From Macrostomum hystrix (lineage: Eukaryota; Animalia; Platyhelminthes), in contig CATNEN010000008.1 of assembly GCA_950097015.1 (NCBI GenBank), positions 3,658,001-3,722,000 on the forward strand: 64,000 nt of DNA. The letters run 5' to 3'. Shown piece after piece: positions 1-13,588 of this stretch. The notes below the pieces were generated by a model that worked only from the letters and a program-made list of their open reading frames with translations, searched no databases and was not told where the DNA came from. The translations under genes were made by a program, and so were the position numbers. Each line of letters starts with the position of its first letter. The stretch's first letter is position 1.

Positions 1-715
1 GAAGTAGATTGAAACCTGTGGAAGTAGATTGGAACCTACGGAAGTAGATTTGAACCTACGGAAGTAGATAGGAACCTGTGGAAGTAGATTGGAACCTGTG
101 GAAGTAGATTGGTACCTATGGAAGTAGATTGGAACCTGTGGAAGTAGATTGGAACCTACGGAAGTAGATTGTTACCTATGGAAGTAGATTGGAACCTGTG
201 GAAGTAGATTGGAACCTACGGAAGTAGATTGGAACCTGTGGAAGTAGATTGGTACCTATGGAAGTAGATTGGAACCTATGGAAGTAGATTGGAACCTATT
301 GAAGTAGATTGGAACCTACGGAAGTAGATTGGAACCTGTGGAAGTAGATTGGTACCTATGGAAGTAGATTGGTACCTATGGAAGTAGATTGGAACCTATT
401 GAAGTAGATTGGAACCTACGGAAGTAGATTGGAACCTGTGGAAGTAGATTGGAACCTATGGAAGTAGATTGGAACCTGTGGAAGTAGATTGGAACCTGTG
501 GAAGTAGATTGGAACCTGTGGAAGTAGATTGAAACCTACGGAAGTAGATTGAAACCTGTGGAAGTAGATTGAAACCTACGGAAGTAGATTGGAACCTATG
601 GAAGTAGATTGAAACCTGTGGAAGTAGATTGGAACCTGCGGAAGTAGATTGGAACCTACGGAAGTAGATTGGAACCTATGGAAGAAGAATGGAACCTGCG
701 GAAGTAGATTGGAAC
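1..715. repeat. 20-bp minisatellite (GAAGTAGATTGGAACCTGTG, tail variants ACG/ATG), about 35 copies, runs off the window start
   Basis: Exact 20-bp periodicity visible in the 60-column layout. Confidence 0.95.
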
Positions 716-876
716 CAGAAAGCAGAAAGCAGAATGTGTAAGTAGAAACACTGGGTGATAAAATCATTGAACTACGCTCGTAGAGTTAGAAAAAGACTTT
801 CAAGTTTTTTCTATTGATTGGGATGTGAAACGCTCAGTGTTAAATAAAAACCTCACTTCTTGTAATTACACAGCAG

Positions 877-1422
877 AAGCAAAAATGTGTTGGTAAAACA
901 AGAAAAAGAAGAAGCAGCTGCTTTGGCGGCAGAACAAGCAAAATGGAAATTGTGAGCAAATTTTGGCGAAGTTTCTTCAGCAAAAGGAACACCTGAGCAA
1001 TGAATGGAAAGTGATGATGAAATCGACAGTGAAGGTGGGCCGGTAGAATAAACATTTCTAGCTGTCCCAGTCAAATTGGCCTACCAATTTGGGCGCAGAG
1101 CTTACCACTAAGCACTGTTTGCCGTATAATCCAGAAACATAACTGAATTTTTCATAACTAAACGAAAGAAAGGCAAAGATTTCAAAGTATTTTATGTGCT
1201 GGCAGTTTTGGGAAAATATTTAACTCATCGGGGTAGCGCAATTGTTTGACTGTCAAATATGCCACAAACTTATATTGTGCGAGAATTGGCCTAAAAAATA
1301 GAGACGGCCTTAACGGAAGGTCCGGCAAAAGTGTCGACAATCGGCTTGGCTGCGGCTTCCGGTGTGAAGTCACGGCTGTATTTTCTAGGAAATCAAAAAG
1401 TGAGAAAGAGGCTGCTGTGTGA
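877..1422 (+). CDS. Possible last two exons (877-951, 1389-1422) of an unidentified plus-strand gene, reading ...SKNVLVKQEKEEAAALAAEQAKWKL/KSKSEKEAAV*
   Basis: acagcag acceptor, GTGAG donor at 952, ttttctag acceptor at 1388; phase 2 is compatible (TT|G); helical charged peptide. No family recognised. Confidence 0.25.
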
Positions 1423-1979
1423 GCAGCTGAGGCTGACTGGGCTTTGTAGAAACGGGAATCGCATTCTACAATGCGAGAAGGCCTTCCGTCATCTCTTTCT
1501 CTGCCCTGACTCACTCAATGTTAGAGAGAGCATGTTTGATAGCATTCAAATTCCTCTTGGCCTTTTGACTGCTCCTGAGCTGTCGGTGGTATTAAAAATA
1601 TTTCTATATATATATACATATACATATGAGGAGTGTGACACAGGGTTTCCTGTTTCTGAGTGTGTCTCTGTAGTTACTCTTTTTCTTTTGCTCTATATTT
1701 TATTTCTTTTAATCACGATGAAAGAAGAAAATTGAAGGCTTAAGTCCGGGCGGGATGAGGGAGGCCTCATAAAAATCTGATGGAAAAGATTTGACTGAAT
1801 TTGAACAAGCGCTAGATGAGGCTATACTGCTGCTGCTGCTGCTGTGCCGACAGGAAATGAAACATTGGAGATTGGAATAATAAAAGCTGACTTAGGACGA
1901 GGATCAATAGCCAGTCCATAATCCTGGGAAGATTGTCGATTAGAGACTCAAAGAGCGATAATTGTTCCCTGGTGAGGAA

Positions 1980-3160
1980 AGGAGAGAAGGAGTGAGATGG
2001 AGAGAGAGAAGGAGAGAGAGAAGGAGAGAGAGAAGGAGTGAGATGGAGAGAGAGAAGGAGAGAGAGAAGGAGAGAGAGAAGGAGAGAGAGAAGGAGAGAG
2101 GAGAGAGAGGAGTGAGAAGGCGAGAGAGAGAGGAGTGAGAAGGCGATAGAGAAGAAGAAAGAAGAAGAAAGAAGGAGAGAGAAGGAGAGAGAATGAGAGA
2201 GAAGGAGAGAGAAGGAGAGAGAAGGAGAGAGAAGGAGAGAGAAGGAGAGAGAAGGAGAGAGAAGGAGAGAGAAGGAGGGAGAAGGAGAGAGAAGGAGAGA
2301 GAAGGAGAGAGAAGGAGAGAGAAGGAGAGAGAAGGAGAGAGAAGGAGAGAGAAGAAGAGAGAAGGAGAGAGAAGGAGAGAGAAGGAGAGAGAAGGAGAGA
2401 GAAGGAGAGAGAAGGAGAGAGAAGGAGAGAGAAGGAGAGAGAAGGAGAGAGAAGGAGAGAGAAGGAGAGAGAAGGAGAGAGAAGGAGAGAGAGAAGGAGT
2501 GAGATGGAGAGAGAGAAGGAGAGAGAGAAGGAGAGAGAGAAGGAGTGAGATGGAGAGAGAGAAGGAGAGAGAGAAGGAGAGAGAGAAGGAGAGAGAGAAG
2601 GAGAGAGGAGAGAGAGGAGTGAGAAGGCGAGAGAGAGAGGAGTGAGAAGGCGATAGAGAAGAAGAAAGAAGAAGAAAGAAGGAGAGAGAAGGCGAGAGAG
2701 AAGGAGAGAGAAGGAGAGAGAAGGAGAGAGAGAAGGAGTGAGATGGAGAGAGAGAAGGAGAGAGAGAAGGAGAGAGAGAAGGAGAGAGAGAAGGAGAGAG
2801 GAGAGAGAGGAGTGAGAAGGCGAGAGAGAGAGGAGTGAGAAGGCGATAGAGAAGAAGAAAGAAGAAGAAAGAAGGAGAGAGAAGGAGAGAGAAGGAGAGA
2901 GAAGGAGAGAGAAGGAGAGAGAAGGAGAGAGAATGAGAGAGAAGGAGAGAGAAGGAGAGAGAAGAAGAGAGAAGGAGGGAGAAGGAGAGAGAAGGAGAGA
3001 GAAGGAGAGAGAAGGAGAGAGAAGGAGAGAGAAGGAGAGAGAAGGAGAGAGAAGGAGAGAGAAGGAGAGAGAAGGAGAGAGAAGGAGAGAGAAGGAGAGA
3101 GAAGGAGAGAGAAGGAGAGAGAAGGAGAGAGAATGAGAGAGAAGGAGAGAGAAGGAGAGA
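1980..3160. repeat. GA-rich 10-bp repeat (GAAGGAGAGA) with 12-bp variants and three copies of a larger internal block
   Basis: Direct inspection; block GGAGTGAGAAGGCGATAGAGAAGAAGAAAGAAGAAG recurs near 2130, 2640 and 2830. Confidence 0.95.
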
Positions 3161-4019
3161 ACACGGCGTGAAGGGATTAGCAATCCTGAAGATTCGTGTC
3201 CTCAGTCTGAGCACAAGGCAAGCAGTCAGCGATGCAAGCCGACTCAAATACCTCACAAAGCCAATAGTTATAGCTATCAGTTGGGTGATTTAGTTAATTC
3301 TGTCTGGAGAAATTGCTTGCGATCTCTAAATAATCAGGACCCAACCCATGCTGCAGCAACTGAAAGTTAATTGGATTGACAAAGCGAACGGGCTGGCGGG
3401 CACTATCATTCAGATGACAAAAATCAAAGCAATGCGGCATAATGCGAATTTTATTAGGCTAACGGGAACCAAACAATGAGCCCAGGTAATAAAGTTATAA
3501 AAACTTTGCCTGAAATGTGCTGTAAAGTGGCCGCTAACACGGGAACAAACCGGAAGGAATCCACAAAAAAAGTTATATGACATCAAGACAGAGAAGTCAG
3601 CAATCAAATTCATTGATTTAAATGATTTTCGCCGATTTTAAAAAATGACACTGAAATCATTAATGCGCAGTCAGGAAGCTATGCGCTTTGATCGCCGGGT
3701 CAGTGGATTGAAATCTGATCAAATATATCCGAGTTCTCACTACGAGCTAACTCATTCAGTGAAATTTCTACTGAAGCGGCAATAGGTTTTACATTTGCAA
3801 TTTTGCGCAATCACGACCGGAAATGAATGAGAAAATGAGCCGCTGATTTTTATATCAGCTTTTATCAATGTCAGTATTTTAACTGCGTTTTTGTTTGTCA
3901 AGATACAATTTTACTTTTTCTGCTGTCGATCGCTAGCTTCTGTTCTGGGTTATTGACTTGGGAAACACTTCCGCTGCTTCATTTCGTGCTTAACTCTTTA
4001 ACTTCTACTCTTATATTCT

Positions 4020-4735
4020 ACTTATTCTCTTCTCTTATTCTCTCCTCTTCTCTCCTCTCCTCTCCTCTTCTCTTCTATTCTCTCCTCTTCTCTTCTCTTC
4101 TCTCCTCTCCTCTCCCTCCTCTCCTCTTCTCTAATCTCCTCTCCTCTTTCTCCTTTCCTCTCCTCTCCTCTCCACTCCTCTCCTCTCCTCTCCTCTCCTC
4201 TCCTCTCCTCTCCTCTCCTCTCCTCTCCTCTCCTCTCCTCTCCTCTCCTCTCCTCTTCTCTTCTCTTCTCTCCTCTCCTCTCCTCTCCTCTCCTCTCCTC
4301 TTCTCTCCTCTCCTCTTCTCTCCTCTCCTCTTCTCTCCTCTTCTCTCCTCTCCTCTCCTCTCCTCTTCTCTTCTCTTCTCTTCTCTCCTCTTTCTCCTTT
4401 CCTCTCCTCTCCTCTCCTCTCCTCTCCTCTCCTCTCCTCTCCTCTCCTCTTCTCTTCTCTCCTCTCCTCTTCTCTCCTCTTCTCTCCTCTCCTCTCCTCT
4501 CCTCTTCTCTTCTCTTCTCTTCTCTCCTCTTTCTCCTTTCCTCTCCTCTCCTCTCCTCTCCTCTCCTCTCCTCTCCTCTCCTCTCCTCTTCTCTTCTATT
4601 CTCTCCTCTTCTCTCCTCTTCTCTCCTCTCCTCTCCTCTCCTCTTCTCTTCTCTTCTCTTCTCTCCTCTTTCTCCTTTCCTCTCCTCTCCTCTCCTCTCC
4701 TCTCCTCTCCTCTCCTCTCCTCTCCTCTCCTCTCA
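4020..4735. repeat. Degenerate (CTCCT/CTTCT)n pentanucleotide microsatellite
   Basis: Pure pyrimidine tract with 5-bp periodicity. Confidence 0.95.
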
Positions 4736-5488
4736 TTAGATTTCCTTTAAATTAAGTGACATTAAATTTAAATTTGCTCGCAGTTCACTCGAACAGGTCA
4801 TGAACCAGATATCGTTTCGCTAGCTTTATATTTTCGTATGAACGGAGTATCCATTAAACGTTTGATTCAAATAAACTTTAATAATATTTACAGAAATTTT
4901 GTTGATAAAAAAGTGAATAAAGAGTGAGTTGAGATTAAAATACCACAATAGAAGGTTCCTGTGCATTGCCGGTTCTCGGCAGATCAAAAATTGTTGACTG
5001 TAGAATCTGGTTTCAAAAACTTCTAAACTAAAATCTAAATAAAACATCAAAAAACGGTTTGTGTTCTGTGCTTCAGAAAAAGCTTATACGCAAACTATTA
5101 TAGGAAAGTATACAAGCATGATAATATGACTTTGTTTAAATGAAAACAACTTAAAGTAGACAACAACACATTTAAATATTATGTTTGTATACTATGAGTA
5201 GCATATGGACCGTAGATTGTGCATTGTACATGGCCTATTTTAACTGTCAAAAATGGTCCTATTGAAAATGACTTTTTTAACAAGCGTGCAATTTAGTCAG
5301 AAGTTAGCTACTGCAGAAGTGTATAGATATAATTATGCAATTGAATTGTGTTAGATCTCTCTATTGGATCGCTATTAGGCTGCCGTCTCACTCTCTGTTC
5401 TGTCGCCGTTTGAATTGAATTTGCTGACGGACAGATCTGAAAATTAATGAAAATAGCAGAAATCTAATCTAATGGGACTGGTTAATTT

Positions 5489-6452
5489 GTGATCAGTGAC
5501 ATTACAGAGTGATCAGTGACATTACAGAGTGATCAGTGACATTACAGAGTGATCAGTGACATTACAGAGTGATCAGTGACATTACAGAGTGATCAGTGAC
5601 ATTACAGAGTGATCAGTGACATTACAGAGTGATCAGTGACATTACAGAGTGATCAGTGACATTACAGAGTGATCAGTGACATTACAGAGTGATCAGTGAC
5701 ATTACAGAGTGATCAGTGACATTACAGAGTGATCAGTGACATTACAGAGTGATCAGTGACATTACAGAGTGATCAGTGACATTACAGAGTGATCAGTGAC
5801 ATTACAGAGTGATCAGTGACATTACAGAGTGATCAGTAACATTACAGAGTGATCAGTAACATTACAGAGTGATCAGTAACATTACAGAGTGATCAGTGAC
5901 ATTACAGAGTGATCAGTGACATTACAGAGTGATCAGTGACAGCAGGGAGTGATCAGTGACAGCAGGGAGTGATCAGTGACAGCAGGGAGTGATCAGTGAC
6001 AGCAGGGAGTGATCAGTGACAGCAGGGAGTGATCAGTGACAGCAGGGAGTGATCAGTGACAGCAAGGAGTGATCAGTGACAGCAGGGAGTGATCAGTGAC
6101 AGCAGGGAGTGATCAGTGACAGCAGGGAGTGATCAGTGACAGCAGGGAGTGATCAGTGACAGCAGGGAGTGATCAGTGACAGCAGGGAGTGATCAGTGAC
6201 AGCAGGGAGTGATCAGTGACAGCAGGGAGTGATCAGTGACAGCAGGGAGTGATCAGTGACAGCAGGGAGTGATCAGTGACAGCAGGGAGTGATCAGTGAC
6301 AGCAGGGAGTGATCAGTGACAGCAGGGAGTGATCAGTGACAGCAGGGAGTGATCAGTGACAGCAGGGAGTGATCAGTGACAGCAGGGAGTGATCAGTGAC
6401 AGCAGGGAGTGATCAGTGACAGCAGGGAGTGATCAGTGACAGCAGGGAGTGA
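5489..6452. repeat. 20-bp minisatellite GATCAGTGAC-(ATTACAGAGT then AGCAGGGAGT), two homogeneous blocks switching at about 5941
   Basis: Exact 20-bp periodicity; ends 4 nt from the dachshund exon 8 donor. Confidence 0.97.
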
Positions 6453-6457
6453 GTTAC

Positions 6458-9400
6458 CCTGTGGCAGGTCGCCTGAATTTCTGCTGTCCTCGGTCAGCGC
6501 GCTGACGGAGACGCGGCTGACCAGCTCCTGGAGCTTAGCTCTAATTTTTTTCTCTTTTCGCCACTTCTTGTAGACGATGACTGCGGGACAGCGAAGTTTC
6601 GAGTGGCAAGAATGCTGATTTGCTGATTTTCTCAAATGCTTTATAAAGTTTCGGGAAATATCTGGTTCTCAAGCTCCTTACCTCTGCGCTGTCGCTCATT
6701 TGTGAGATCCTGCAGTAGCGAGTTCAGGCGCAGCTCCTGGTTGCGGATGGCCTCTTGGAAGTCGGCTGGAATGGGGTTTTCCAATGGTGAATTTCAAACA
6801 TTCATAAAAATCTCCCCATTCACAAATATCTCTCATTCACAGATATCTCCTTACTACAAATATCTTCCATTTACAAATATCTCCCATTCACAAATATCTG
6901 CCATTCACAAATATCTCCCATTCACAAATATCTCCTATTTACAAATATCTCGCATTCACAAATATCTCCCATTCACAAATATCTCCCATTCACAAATATC
7001 TCCCATTCACAAATATCTCCCATTCACAAAAATCTCCCATTCACAAAAATCTCCCATTCACAAATATCTCCCATTCACAAATATCTCCCATTCACAAATA
7101 TGTCCCATTCACAAATATCTCCCATTCACAAATATGTCCCATTCACAAATATGTCCCATTCACAAATATCTCCCATTCACAAATATCTCCCATTCACAAA
7201 TATCTCGCATTCACAAATATCTCCCATTCACAAATATCTCCCATTCACAAATATCTCCCATTCACAAATATCTCCCATTCACAAATATCTCCCATTCACA
7301 AATATCTCCCATTCACAAATATCTCCCATTCACAAATATCTCCCATTCATTTCCAGTCAAAAATAAGAGCAGCTTCTTAAAAAATCCAAAAGCATTTCAT
7401 GTTCAGATTTCGCTCTTTGGAAAGCCGGCAATGATCAGTTTTTAGAAGGAAATGTGATTTCCTCAGACCAGTCACGCGGAGGATGCAGACACAAAAGTTG
7501 CCGCTAATCACATCTGACTTATCAGCGTGATAAGGGAAGGGTGAGAATTATCTGACACCAGCTGAAATGACCGGCCTGATCAAATCAGGTCGGGTCTATA
7601 ATGCTGTTCAAATGATGCTTAAAATGTTCTCTCACACATACACAGAAAACTGTGAAAAATGGGATCTTAAAGAAACGACAAGCAGGAATAGAATGTGATT
7701 ACACGCTGAGTTCGATCTCATGATCTATTGGAGCATGGGATTATTCGGGTGAGGACGCTGGCGTGCTGTCTGGCCGAGAGCCATTTGCAGACAACATCTC
7801 TTGGTCTCTCTGTCTCCGGGGGAGGGACTCCGGCGAGATGAAATCCTCAAGCCACGGCCGAGTAATGAAATAAACGGATAATGGCAATGTGTCGCTTGGA
7901 ATCACTGTTGGCGGGCCGCATTGATTTCTGAGTCGTTGAAGGAGAAGGCCACTCGCCTGGCTTGCTCCATTTTTATTCCCATATTTCTGCATCCCCAACA
8001 GCCTTGATGGCAAGGGAAAGATAGTTTTTTTCTCTCTTCTTCTTGTTTTGGTCAATTTCGACTCGGCCCTAGGGCTAGGCCAAGCATTGCCCAATTAAAT
8101 TATGACCTGTGAGCGTCATTACCGCAGCATCTCACCCTCCGCCCCTACCCCAAGGACAAATCGACTTGCGAAATTCCTTATCGAAGCCTTTGGCAACAGC
8201 AGCAGCGGCGGTGGCAGCAGATATCATCTGAACCAATCTGTGAAACATAACTTCCTCACTTCAACTTGAAGGCGCAGCGGACTATTTCAGTGTGCGAAAT
8301 CGGCAATTCAGATCAACTTTCGGGCCTCGTGGACAATGAAAAATGGCCCAATTCTTCATTGAGACTGAAATTGTAGCCGCGAAAGTAAGAAAGACAGTTA
8401 ATCCCGTTTCCTCTGATCCCATTGCGGTCGCCCCAAGGGAACCCAGGGACTGTCCGATAACAGATAAAGCACAGAGAGAAGACTGAGTGCCGCTCTCACA
8501 GAATCTCGCAGCAAAAGAACTCCAACCGCGACTGCAGAAAAAAGAAAAATGAGGCCGGATAATCTGAGACTGAGGATTCTGCAGATCCACAGATTGTGTG
8601 TCTGTGCGTGTGTCTGTGTGTGTGGGGGGGATATTTTTGAAACACATCCAAGCCATGGAGAACTGCGTGCCAAGACATCTGACCATTTGACTGCGCGATT
8701 TCACAGCCAACCGAGAGACAATGTGGCGGAATGACAGATGGCTACAGTGGCCGTGTGAGCACACAGATACTAACAAATAATGACTCATGTGACTCACCCA
8801 ACCCCAATCATTTATTGGATTTGCATAATATGGGATTGCGAATGATTGCAGGGGTCCCTGCTTCCATTAACAAATATCTCCCATTCACAAATATCTCCCA
8901 TTCACAAATATCTCCCATTCACAAATATCTTCCATTCACAAATATCTCCCATTCACAAATATCTCCCATTCACAAATATCTCCCATTCACAAATATCTCC
9001 CATTCACAAATATCTCCCATTCACAAGTATCTCTTATTTACAAATATCTTCCATTCACAAATCTCCGCTGCCTCACCTTTCTCATCTCTGTAGTGTCTGT
9101 CCACAGCCCTGGCCTTGTCTGCCGTGGCAGCCAGCATCGCCTCGATGTTGGCGAGACACATCTGCAGACCCAGCAGCCAGGTCTCGGCACCGCAGTTGCC
9201 TCCGACGCCGCCGTTGGCAACCCCAGCGACGCCGTCGGCTACCTCCGCAGCTGCCGCCGCAGAATCCCCCGATTCGTCATCCTTCTGAGTGGCGTCATCA
9301 TCGTCACAATCTTCGCCGCCGTTTCCCTCCATCGGGTTGCTGGCCTTCATTCCGAAGACATGGCTACGTCGGTGAGCTGAAAGTTTTCAGGGCGAAAATT

Positions 9401-12400
9401 GGTTAAGATTCTTGTTACTGATCCTAGTACGATTCCAGCTACTGATCCTGGTTCGATTCCAGCTACTGATCCTAGTACGATTCCAGCTACTGATCCTGGT
9501 TCGATTCCAGCTACTGATCCTAGTACGATTCCAGCTACTGATCCTGGTTCGATTCCAGCTACTGATCCTGGTTCGATTCCAGCTACTGATCCTGGTACGA
9601 TTCCAGCTACTGATCCTGGTACGATTCCAGCTAGTGATCCTGGTACGATTCCAGCTACTGATCCTGGTACGATTCCAGCTAGTGATCCTGGTACGATTCC
9701 AGCTACTGATCCTGGTACGATTCCAGCTACTGATCCTGGTTCGATTCCAGCTAGTGATCCTGGTACGATTCCAGCTAGTGATCCTGGTACGATTCCAGCT
9801 ACTGATCCTGGTACGATTCCAGCTACTGATCCTGGTTCGATTCCAGCTAGTGATCCTGGTACGATTCCAGCTAGTGATCCTGGTACGATTCCAGCTACTA
9901 ATCCTGAATCAAATTGATCTGAGACATATCTCACAACGTTAAATGGATTAGGCAATGCATGGGCAAGTAAAAGATTCAATTTGATTGACAGAAAAATGAC
10001 GCACTGAGACCGGATGAGAGACAAGATATAAACAAGATCAGCCCCAGTCCCCTGCTTACCGATTAGATTTCAACAATGAGGATAAACTTGGGAGGATGAA
10101 GATGAGGCTGAAGAGTCTGGGACGAAGTTTGAGGGGACACTTCAAAAAGACCCACCCACCCCATCCCCCTAAAGAAGTTTCTGCCGTTTGTGTGGCAAAT
10201 CAGGACAGGAAAAGGCACACTGATGAATAACAAAGAAAAGAAATAGAAGCGGAGACACACGAAATTGTTGTTGGTGAAGAATTATTTAGAAATCAACGGA
10301 AGCCTTTGGAGTTGAAGCAGCGGGAGTGCCCAGCCTGGAATCATCTAACATCAAAATGCACTTCCGGCTTGGATAAAGAAGAAAGAATGAATGAAAGAAA
10401 AGCCAAGGTACCAGATGGAATGGCAAGCAATCCGTTGGGGTGGGGGTGTGCTCAAAGCTGAGCAGTTCTGGAGTGGAGCAGAGTTTTGGGCGCATGCGTG
10501 AGGCCGGTTTTCTGAATTTCCTAAATTTCCCGAAGCCGCGGAGTTGATGATGAAATTCGGCTGTAGTTTTGGCTCTGGACTGAATAAATCCTTGAGTTGT
10601 TTTTCAATTGGCTTTTCCTATCGCTACTGCTGAACCAAAATCCATGTTCGAGGGATGAAAGGAAGTGAGTCCGCTTGGAGAGATTTCTCAATGAGCGGGT
10701 TGAGTACACCCGCCAGCGATTTCAATAAGTGGGCTTCGAATTTTTTTTTGGTAATCGTTTTATCTTAAAACTTTAATATTTATTATGGAGGATATTTCAT
10801 CAAAGAATGAAAAAATTTACAATGGGTAGCAGCGATAGGAATTATTGCTAATTATAGGTTTTGTTAATGTGACATTTCTAAGAATGAAAGAGTTATAAAA
10901 ATGTGAGATTTCTAATAATTTAAGACTGGGAAATTAAACCAAGAATGGGAAATCTCAACTAATATGTTATTTCTAAGAATGGGAGGTTTCTAATAATGGG
11001 AGATGTCTAAGAATTGGAGATTTCTAAGAAGTGAGGATTTTTTATGAATTTGGGATCTCTAAGAATTTGGGATTTCTAAGAATTTGGGATTTCTAATAAT
11101 ATGGGATTTATAAGAATTTGGGATTTCTAATAATTTGGGATTTCTAAGAATTTGGGATTTCTAAGAATTTGGGATTTCTAATAATATGGGATTTATAAGA
11201 ATTTGGGATTTCTAAGAATTTGGAATTTTTAAGAATTAGGGGATTTCTAAGAATTTGGGATTTCTAAGAATTTGGGATTTCTAAGAATTTGGGATTTCTA
11301 ATAATATGGGATTTATAAGAATTTGGGATTTCTAATAATTTGGGATTTATAAGAATTTGGGATTTATAAGAATTTGGGATTTCTAAGAATTTGGGATTTC
11401 TAATAATATGGGATTTATAAGAATTTGGGATTTCTAAGAATTTGGGATTTCTATAAATTGGGGTTTTTAAGAAAAGAAGTTTTCTAAGAATGGGAGATTA
11501 CTGAAAATATGATATTTATAAGAATGAGAGATTATTTGGATTAAATATTTATTATAATACGATATTACTCAAAAATAGGGCCTTTCTAAGAATAGGACGT
11601 TTCTAAGAATAATGGATTTCTAGGAACAGTATATTTCTAAGAATGGGAAATTTATAAGAATCAGAGACTTCGATCATAGGGAAAGAATGGGGATTTATTT
11701 TCTCTAGCATCTTCCTGCCTTCCCTGCCACTCACGAGTCGGTGAGCCGCCAGAAGATCCTTCAGCAGCTTCGCCTCGTCGTTCAGTTTCACCTGCAGCCG
11801 CTGCTTGTTCCTGCTCCACAATGTCTGAAAATGCGCAAGAGTTTGCCAAACAACTGCACCGATTTTTTTTTCATTTTTCATTTAGAAGGTGAGAGGTTGA
11901 GAATGTAGCAATGTAAGAAACGGAAAAGGTTGAGAAAGAAATAATGAATCAAATATTTAATGGCAGGAATGAAACAGTGTGTGTGAGTGTTTGGGCAAAC
12001 ACTGATTTCATAGAATGGTCTCGCTCACAGGGGCAAAACACTTCACTATACGCAGCGGAAGCGAGCAAACTTCCTTCTGCAGAATCCCAACTGGACCTCT
12101 ATAGCTTTCCTTTCCCACTCCGCCACCCACTCTCCTTCGGCTTATAATCCCCCAATTGAAATCTCAATCACTATGCTTCTTCTTTAAAAATGCGATTGAA
12201 TTGAAGAAAAACTTTTTAAGTTAGCTAGCAAGATGGTAAATATTAACTTAATTGTTCAGATGTTAAAACAACCCAGCTTTAATCACACTTATTTCTCCCA
12301 TCTCTTATCTCTCCCATCTATTATCTCTCCCATCTCTTATCTCTCCCATCTCTTATCTCTCCCATCTATTATCTCTCCCATCTCTTATCTCTCCCATCTC

Positions 12401-13541
12401 TTATCTCTCCCATCTCTTATCTCTCCCATCTCTTATCTCTCCCATCTCTTATCTCTCCCATCTCTTATCTCTCCCATCTCTTATCTCTCCCATCTCTTAT
12501 CTCTCCCATCTCTTATCTCTCCCATCTCTTATCTCTCCTATCTATTATCTCTCCCATCTCTTATCTCTCCTATCTCTTATCTCTCCCATCTCTTATCTCT
12601 CCCATCTCTTATCTCTCCCATCTCTTATCTCTCCCGTCTCTTATCTCTCCCGTCTCTTATCTCTCCCATCTCTTATCTCTCCCATCTCATATCTCTCCCA
12701 TATCTTATCTCTTCCATCTCTTATCTCTCCAATCTCATATTTCTCCCGTCTCTTATCTCACACATCTCGATCTCTAATCTCTCCCATCTCTTATCTCTCC
12801 CATCTCTTATCTCTCCCATCTCTTATCTCTCCCATCTCTTATTTCTTCCCATCTCTTATCTCTCCCATCTATTATCTCTCCCATCTCTTATCTCTCCCAT
12901 CTCTTATCTCTCCCGTCTCTTATCTCTCCCATCTATTATCTCTCCCATCTCTTATCTCTCCCATCTCTTATCTCTCCTATCTCGTATCTCTCCCATCTCT
13001 TATCTCTCCCATCTCTTATCTCTCCCATCTCATATCTCTCCCATATCTTATCTCTTCCATCTCTTATCTCTCCAATCTCATATTTCTCCCGTCTCTTATC
13101 TCTCCCATCTCATATCTCTCCCATATCTTATCTCTTCCATCTCTTATCTCTCCAATCTCATATTTCTCCCGTCTCTTATCTCACACATCTCGATCTCTAA
13201 TCTCTCCCATCTCTTATCTCTCCTATCTCGTATCTCTCCCATCTCTTATCTCTCCCATCTCTTATCTCTCCCATCTCATATCTCTCCCATATCTTATCTC
13301 TTCCATCTCTTATCTCTCCAATCTCATATTTCTCCCGTCTCTTATCTCACACATCTCGATCTCTAATCTCTCCTATCTCTTGTCTCTAGTATCTGTGGCT
13401 TTAGCATTTAAAATATTTTTAATTTTGCCTATCTCCGTCTGTCTGTCTCTGGTGTATTTTTAAGATAAAGTAAGCATAGAAAAACAGAGGAAGCAAGCAC
13501 TGAGGCCTCACCCCCGCCAATTGTCGCGTGGTTCCGTCGGT

Positions 13542-13588
<47 letters not shown>

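Noticed and set aside
1812-4750. Long S/L-rich and R/E-rich ORFs (450, 438, 411, 265 aa)
   Set aside because: Products of stop-free GA/CT repeats that are open in several frames
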